Assembly: GCA_943325255.2 (NCBI GenBank)
Contig: CALPOS020000001.1
Span: 1 to 32,842 of the forward strand
Length of the DNA stretch: 32,842 nt
Source: Sphingobacterium thalpophilum
Lineage (GTDB): Bacteria > Bacteroidota > Bacteroidia > Flavobacteriales > Flavobacteriaceae
Direction: 5' to 3'
Below are positions 27,133 through 32,842 of the stretch, one piece after another; the first letter of the stretch is position 1, and each line of letters opens with the position of its first letter. The notes below the pieces were generated by a model. The model was given only the letters and a program-made list of their open reading frames with translations, was not told the origin of the DNA and ran no database searches. A program made the translations under genes and the position numbers.

Positions 27133-28029
27133 TTACGAATCTTTTAGTGTACAAAAGTAACCTAATTTATAAAAGTCTAATAGCAAAAGGGACGGTTTAT
27201 TCGAAATCAAATTTTTTCTCAATGATGGCTCAAATGTTTTAAAAAGCAACTTCGTTAAAGAAATTAATCTAAAACGAGACAGGATTTTGCGAGCTTTGCT
27301 TAAATGAGTGTCATCGGCATTAATAATTTTTTGCTTAATCAGCTGGTTTAGAGTGTTTATGGCTGTCAGATGCTTTTGTAGAAAAACGTCCGACTTTTCT
27401 AAATTGATATGAAAAACGGGATTATCAAGATGTGTTATTGGTATGTTATTTTTTTTTAGTTCAGCAATAAAAACAAAATCCTCAAATCCATAATCATAGA
27501 TGCTTGAATTAAATGGATAGTCTATGAGCAATTGTTTTTTGAGTAAAATATTAGAGACAAGAGATGATTCGTACATTTTGGCTTGTCGTCTTTCGAATGG
27601 AATAGCTTCGCGTTTTTTTCCATAAATCCATCGAAGTATTTCATCATCGTTTGGCTTGCCATCCTCATACTGAAGTCCACCAGAAAAAGCTACGCTGTTT
27701 TTACTTTTGATACAGTCAATATATTTTTTGACAAATAAGTCAGAAGTCGGCATATTATCACAATCTAGGAGTAAAATCCAATCGTAATTTGCTTTTTCGC
27801 ACAGTTTATTTCGGTTGGGACCGCGTCCTAAATTTGTTTCATTTTGGTAGTACTGGCAATTTGAAAGTTGAAGGATTTCCTTATTTCTTGCAATAAGATC
27901 TTCATTATACGAAGCATCATCAGAGACTATTATCTCAAATTCGATACATTCTTTTGTTACCTGATTATGTAGCTCTTTTACTAGCTGAAAAGTATCGTAA
28001 TTATAGGTTGGAATTAAAATAGACAGCAT
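27133..28029 (-). CDS. GT2 family glycosyltransferase
   Basis: LSILIPTYN, VSDDAS, LLDCD and YGFED motifs. Start overlaps the ftsE stop (TAATG). Confidence 0.9.
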   Translation of the reverse strand: MLSILIPTYNYDTFQLVKELHNQVTKECIEFEIIVSDDASYNEDLIARNKEILQLSNCQYYQNETNLGRGPNRNKLCEKANYDWILLLDCDNMPTSDLFVKKYIDCIKSKNSVAFSGGLQYEDGKPNDDEILRWIYGKKREAIPFERRQAKMYESSLVSNILLKKQLLIDYPFNSSIYDYGFEDFVFIAELKKNNIPITHLDNPVFHINLEKSDVFLQKHLTAINTLNQLIKQKIINADDTHLSKARKILSRFRLISLTKLLFKTFEPSLRKNLISNKPSLLLLDFYKLGYFCTLKDS

Positions 28030-28712
28030 TAAACAGTTCTTTGCACTACTTCAAACATTTTGTTATTCTCACATTTTAGTGTTTTCGATGGATACTTCAT
28101 CAACAAGGCATAATCATGTGTCGCCATAATGACGGTTTTTCCGTTCGAATTAATCTTGCGCAAAACTTCCATCACTTCAACGCTAGTTTGTGGGTCCAAA
28201 TTCCCCGTAGGCTCATCCGCTAGAATCAGTTCAGGATCGTTTAATAAGGCTCGAGCAATGGCAACACGTTGTTGTTCTCCGCCAGACAACTGATGCGGCA
28301 TCTTATCTGCAATCGATTTCAAATCTACTTTATTTAAGACTTCATCAATTTTTTCTTGCATTTCAGCTTCATCCGTCCATCCAGTTGCTTTCAAAACAAA
28401 AAGCATATTCTCTTTGACACTTCGATCTGGCAACAACTGAAAATCTTGAAAAACGATGCCGATTTTTCTTCGTAAATATGGAATCTTGTCGTCTTTTAAG
28501 ACGGCTAAATCAAAATCAACGACACTGCCTTGGCCTTCTGTCAATGGCAAGTCTGCATATAAGGTTCTCATGAAACTACTTTTTCCCGAACCTGTTTTTC
28601 CAATGATGTAAATAAATTCACCATGATTCACCTCTAGATTAATATTCGAAAGAATAACTCTATTTCCTTGGTAAATGCTTACATCTCTTAAAAATAACAC
28701 GGGTTGTGACAT
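28029..28712 (-). CDS. ftsE: Cell-division ABC ATPase FtsE
   Basis: Walker A GKTGSGKS, FtsE-like IPYLRRKIGIVFQDF, signature LSGGEQQRVAIARAL, LADEPTGNLD and ATHD. Likely start MSQPV at 28712. Confidence 0.85.
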   Translation of the reverse strand: MSQPVLFLRDVSIYQGNRVILSNINLEVNHGEFIYIIGKTGSGKSSFMRTLYADLPLTEGQGSVVDFDLAVLKDDKIPYLRRKIGIVFQDFQLLPDRSVKENMLFVLKATGWTDEAEMQEKIDEVLNKVDLKSIADKMPHQLSGGEQQRVAIARALLNDPELILADEPTGNLDPQTSVEVMEVLRKINSNGKTVIMATHDYALLMKYPSKTLKCENNKMFEVVQRTV

Positions 28713-28857
28713 GGTAAAATGGTTTATGGCGTAAAAGTAATAAGATAACGTTGCCATTCAAAATTAATTTTAGAAGAATCCGAGTTAATTCTTATTTGTT
28801 AAAAAATATGTTCATAATAAACACTTCTGGCGTTTCGTTATAGCTTCGAGAATGAAA

Positions 28858-28865
28858 TACATTTG
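28858..28865 (+). promoter_or_regulatory. -7 promoter box for the TPR gene
   Basis: TACATTTG ending 21 nt before ATG 28887. The ORF-track TTG start lies inside this box. Confidence 0.65.
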
Positions 28866-28886
28866 AACATCTTAAAATCTGCGGCA

Positions 28887-31800
28887 ATGCATAAAATAAT
28901 CTGGCTTTTTATTGGAATTCTCTGTCTTGGATTTTCGCCAATCGTGGCTCAAAAATCAGCAGTCTACACACACGAATTGGAAGAATATGATCGGGCGTTA
29001 GGATTGTATAAGGAATCGCAATACCAATCTGCGCAAATTCTTTTTGATAAGATAATTTCTGAAAATAAGGATGTCGAATTGCTATCGGATTGCGCCTACT
29101 ACAGCGCCAACTGCGCGATTCGACTCAATCAAGCGAATGCCGACGAACAAATGGAAAATTTTGTAAAGAACTATCCAACAAGTCCGAAGCAGAATCAAGC
29201 GTACGTTGAAGTCGCTCATTATTATTTTGAACAAGGAAAATTTCCACAAGCGTTGGAGTGGTTTGATAAGTCAGACGAGAATGCTTTGAGTTACGAAGAA
29301 TTGGACAAGTATAAATTCCAAAAAGGCTATTGTTACTTTAGCGCGGGAAAGAAAAAGGAAGCCACGCCTTATTTTAATTCTGTTTTAAATTCAAAAGAAT
29401 ACGGTTCTCAAGCCAAGTATTATATGGGTTTTATGGCCTATGAAGGTGATAATTATAAAGAAGCAGCGAAGTATTTTGATGAGGTTTCGGGTGAAGAAAA
29501 GTATAAGGAAAAGCTGTCGTATTTTCAGGCGGATATGAACTTCAAGGCGGGTAATTTTCAAAAAGCCATCGAACTGGGAATTGCTGCCATGCCAAAGTCT
29601 TCTGCTCAAGAAAAATCAGAATTGAATAAGATTATTGGCGAAAGTTATTTCAATCTCAAGCAATATGACAATGCAATTCCGTATTTGAAAGAATACAAAG
29701 GTAAAAAAGGAAAATGGAGTAACACCGATTTTTACCAGTTGGGTTTTGCGTATTATCAGAAAAAAGACTTCGAAAAGGCGATTCCACAATTTAATAAAAT
29801 CATCGATGGGAAGGATGCTGTAGCGCAAAATGCCTACTATCATTTGGGTGAAAGTTACTTCAAAAGCGATTTGAAACAACAAGCTTTGAATGCTTTTAAG
29901 AACGCGTCTGAAATGACTTTTGATTTGAAAATTCAAGAAGATGCCAACCTTAATTACGCGAAATTGAGTTATGATATCGGAAATTCCTACCAACCAGTTC
30001 CTGATGTGCTTTATGCATTTTTAGAAAAATATCCCAATTCACCCAGCAAACAAGAGGTCGAGACTTTATTGATTAATTCCTATATCACGGCGAAGAATTA
30101 TAAAGGAGCGCTAGAGGTTTTGGAAAAAAACAAAAACTTCGCCAACAAAGAAGCGTATCAAAAAGTCACTTTTTACCGTGGATTGGAATTGTATACCGAC
30201 GGCAGTTATACCGAAGCGTTAGCTTTATTCAAAAAGTCGATTTCGGAACCGAAGAATGCAAAATTCCTTGCGCGCGCCACTTTTTGGAAAGGAGAAACCG
30301 AATTTGTTTTGGATAATTTCAGCGAATCATTAAGCAGTTATAAGCAATTTATGGCGATGGGTGAGGCGAAGTCAACGCCTGAAAACAAAAACATCAATTA
30401 TAATGTAGCTTACGATTATTTCAAATTGAAAGATTATGATCAAGCGGGCAATTATTTTCAAAATTATATTGATGGGGTCAAAGATGACAAGGTTCGTCTG
30501 AATGATGCGTATCTGCGTTTGGCGGATAGCCGATTTGTAATGACGAAGTATTGGCCAGCAATGGATGCGTATAATAAAGTGATCGAATTGAAGAGCGTTG
30601 ATGCAGATTATGCCGCTTTCCAAAAAGGAATCAGCTATGGATTTGTAGGAAAGAATGATCGGAAAATAGAGGATTTAAGCAAGTTTGTTACGATCTACCC
30701 AAAATCACAATACAGAGATGATGCGCTTTTTGAATTAGCCAATACGTATGTGGCACAAAAGAAAGACGATTTAGCAATAAAGACTTATGATCAATTGCTA
30801 AATGAATTTAAAAATGGTTCTTATTCATCGAAAGCAATCTTGCGTCAGGGCTTGGTGTATTACAATGCTCAAAATGATACACAAGCGTTGCTGAAGTTAA
30901 AAAAGATTGCTGCTGAATATCCAAAGAGTCCGGAGGCAATCGAAGCGGTTGCCACTGCACGTTTGATTTATATGGATAACGGAAAGGTTGATGAATACGC
31001 GACTTGGGTAAAAACACTAGATTTTGTTTCGGTTTCTGATGCAGAATTGGACAATGATACTTATGAAGCAGCAGAGAAACAATACCAACAAGGAAACACC
31101 AAACAAGCGATTGCCAATTTGAGCGGATATGTTTCGAAATTTCCGAATGGAATTCACGCTTTAAAAGCCAATTTTTATTTAGCACAATCGTATTTTTCTG
31201 ATGGAAATGTCAACAGTTCGATTCCCAATTATGATTATGTCATTGCTAAATCGAGAAACGAGTTTACCGAACAAGCGCTTGCTCGTTTGGCTGAAATTTA
31301 TTTGAAGAAAGAAGATGCTGGCAAAACAATCACCGTTTTAAAAAGATTGGAGACAGAAGCTGATTTTCCTCAAAATATCACCTTTGCGCAATCCAATTTG
31401 ATGAAAACGTATTATGAAGAAAAGGATTATGCCAATGCAGTTGTTTATGCCGAAAAAGTCTTGACCAATCCAAAGATGGATGATAAAGTGAAGTCAGATG
31501 CGCAAATTATTATTGCACGGTCGGCAATTCAAACCAATGATGAAGTAAAAGCCCGCGCGGCTTATGCAAAATTATTAACCATCGCAAAAGGAGAGTTGGC
31601 GGCAGAAGCGTTGTATTATGATGCGTATTTTAAAAATAAAGATGGCAAATATGAAGCTTCAAACACGGTGATTCAGAAATTATCGAAAGATTATTCTGGT
31701 TATAAATATTTCGGAGCCAAAGGATTGATTGTGATGGCGAAAAACTTTTATGCCTTGAAAGATAGTTTTCAGGCGACCTTTATCTTAGAGAGCGTCATCA

Positions 31801-31901
31801 AGAACTTTGGCAGTTTTACCGATGTTGTTGAAGAAGCACAACTTGAATTAGATAGTATTAAGACAAAGGAAGCCCAAACGAATTCATCGATACAAAACTA
31901 G
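28887..31901 (+). CDS. Large periplasmic tetratricopeptide-repeat protein (1004 aa)
   Basis: Signal peptide ending IVA|Q. TPR-like helices along the whole length, including BamD/CpoB-like 'YPxS' repeats. Confidence 0.9.
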   Translation: MHKIIWLFIGILCLGFSPIVAQKSAVYTHELEEYDRALGLYKESQYQSAQILFDKIISENKDVELLSDCAYYSANCAIRLNQANADEQMENFVKNYPTSPKQNQAYVEVAHYYFEQGKFPQALEWFDKSDENALSYEELDKYKFQKGYCYFSAGKKKEATPYFNSVLNSKEYGSQAKYYMGFMAYEGDNYKEAAKYFDEVSGEEKYKEKLSYFQADMNFKAGNFQKAIELGIAAMPKSSAQEKSELNKIIGESYFNLKQYDNAIPYLKEYKGKKGKWSNTDFYQLGFAYYQKKDFEKAIPQFNKIIDGKDAVAQNAYYHLGESYFKSDLKQQALNAFKNASEMTFDLKIQEDANLNYAKLSYDIGNSYQPVPDVLYAFLEKYPNSPSKQEVETLLINSYITAKNYKGALEVLEKNKNFANKEAYQKVTFYRGLELYTDGSYTEALALFKKSISEPKNAKFLARATFWKGETEFVLDNFSESLSSYKQFMAMGEAKSTPENKNINYNVAYDYFKLKDYDQAGNYFQNYIDGVKDDKVRLNDAYLRLADSRFVMTKYWPAMDAYNKVIELKSVDADYAAFQKGISYGFVGKNDRKIEDLSKFVTIYPKSQYRDDALFELANTYVAQKKDDLAIKTYDQLLNEFKNGSYSSKAILRQGLVYYNAQNDTQALLKLKKIAAEYPKSPEAIEAVATARLIYMDNGKVDEYATWVKTLDFVSVSDAELDNDTYEAAEKQYQQGNTKQAIANLSGYVSKFPNGIHALKANFYLAQSYFSDGNVNSSIPNYDYVIAKSRNEFTEQALARLAEIYLKKEDAGKTITVLKRLETEADFPQNITFAQSNLMKTYYEEKDYANAVVYAEKVLTNPKMDDKVKSDAQIIIARSAIQTNDEVKARAAYAKLLTIAKGELAAEALYYDAYFKNKDGKYEASNTVIQKLSKDYSGYKYFGAKGLIVMAKNFYALKDSFQATFILESVIKNFGSFTDVVEEAQLELDSIKTKEAQTNSSIQN

Positions 31902-31904
31902 ATT

Positions 31905-31988
31905 AAATAAAAGAACCAAGTAGCTAGAACCAAGAGTGCTGTGAAATAAGGGTTTAGTCTTGACTCTTGCTTCTTGTCTCTTTTCTCT
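31905..31988. repeat. Inverted array of degenerate heptamers
   Basis: Left aaataaa-agaacca-agtagct-agaacca-agag (31905-31936), 20-nt spacer, right gtct-tgactct-tgcttct-tgtctct-tttctct (31957-31988; reverse complement agagaaa-agagaca-agaagca-agagtca-agac). Confidence 0.75.
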
Positions 31989-32003
31989 AAAAACAAACAA
32001 CCT

Positions 32004-32842
32004 ATGAAAATCAAAATAAAATATTTACTGCTAATAACACTGCTTACCGCGTTTCAACTTTCCGCCCAGAAGAAAGACGAAAACATCGGAACCGAAGTGG
32101 TGAATGTGGTGAAAGCTTATACACCAACCATTTCCGATGCTTTTAAAGTAAAAGAAACGCCTAGTTTAGAAGACGAAGACAACACCAAAAAAGAACCCAT
32201 TCAATATTCGATTTTTTCTTTTCCGGTGGCTTCAACTTTTTCGCCTTCAAAAGGAAAAGCAGCCAATGTGGATAGGACCGAACAAGAGCGTTTGTTTAAG
32301 AATTATGCGACGCTTGGAGTAGGAAGTTATGCCAATATCTTAGGCGAATTGTACGTAACAGAAAATATTGGAGATACTGATTTTATTGCGGGAAATATCA
32401 AACATTTATCTTCTTTTTCAGACATCAAAGAATCGGAGTTGCCGAGCAAATTCTTAAATTCATCGATTGGTTTAACCTACGAAAGCAAAAAGGAAAAGTA
32501 TGCGTGGACAGGAGATTTAGGCTATCAAATTCAAAAATATTTTTGGTACGGATTGCCAGATAATTTTGGGGCAACACTTACGCCAGAGAATCGTGCTTCG
32601 GTGATTGATCGCATCGACGAAGGACAAACTTATAACAACCTTAATCTGGACGGAAGAATTAGTTTTAAAGAAACGATTTTTAATGGAGTGAATTTGAAGT
32701 TCAATCGTTTTTGGGATGCATACGGTTCTGCGGAGAATCGCTTTGTTGTGCGTCCGACCCTAGGTTTTGAAATGTTTAGAAAAGACATCAAAACGATTGT
32801 GACAGTCGATCATTTGAGTGGTTCATTTAATGACACGTTCAA
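32004..32842 (+). CDS. Outer-membrane beta-barrel protein (TonB-dependent-receptor-like), truncated at the 3' end by the window edge
   Basis: Not in the ORF track; 5' part translated by hand: MKIKIKYLLLITLLTAFQLSA|QKKDENIGTEVVNVVKAYTPTISDAFKVKETP. Amphipathic beta-strands follow (NYATLGVG, ILGELYVT). Confidence 0.75.
   Translation, partial: MKIKIKYLLLITLLTAFQLSAQKKDENIGTEVVNVVKAYTPTISDAFKVKETPSLEDEDNTKKEPIQYSIFSFPVASTFSPSKGKAANVDRTEQERLFKNYATLGVGSYANILGELYVTENIGDTDFIAGNIKHLSSFSDIKESELPSKFLNSSIGLTYESKKEKYAWTGDLGYQIQKYFWYGLPDNFGATLTPENRASVIDRIDEGQTYNNLNLDGRISFKETIFNGVNLKFNRFWDAYGSAENRFVVRPTLGFEMFRKDIKTIVTVDHLSGSFNDTF

Noticed and set aside
28863-28886. Upstream starts in the ORF track (TTG at 3939, 11469, 23369, 25085, 28863; ATG at 28757)
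   Set aside because: Several fall in or beside TAnnTTTG promoter boxes, and downstream ATGs give more plausible N-termini.

Overview
AT-rich window from a Bacteroidota chromosome, most likely Flavobacterium. Supporting signs are TAnnTTTG -7 promoter boxes, A-rich translation starts, Gln after signal-peptide cleavage sites and a T9SS C-terminal domain. The content is mostly core genome: a fatty-acid beta-oxidation operon (marR-fadN-like-thiolase) with a nearby acyl-CoA ligase; an LTA-synthase-family gene paired with a membrane-anchored CX5R phosphatase; a T9SS-secreted M14 carboxypeptidase; purL; a beta-helix lipoprotein; thioesterase-menF-bshB1-tRNA-His; M28 peptidase, DUF3667, DUF1801 and DUF892 genes; four glycosyltransferases; ftsE; and a ~1000-aa TPR protein followed by an outer-membrane barrel gene cut by the window edge. 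I saw no integrase, transposase, prophage or CRISPR array. The most unusual signals are below gene scale. Two inverted arrays of degenerate 7-bp units sit at operon junctions (976-1059, 31905-31988) and look like empty cassette sites. PurL contains an 8-unit heptamer tract and a REP/RPE-like palindrome, both translated in frame. There is also a symmetric bidirectional promoter between two glycosyltransferase genes and a candidate MarR operator. All family calls come from motif recognition by eye; no database search was run.
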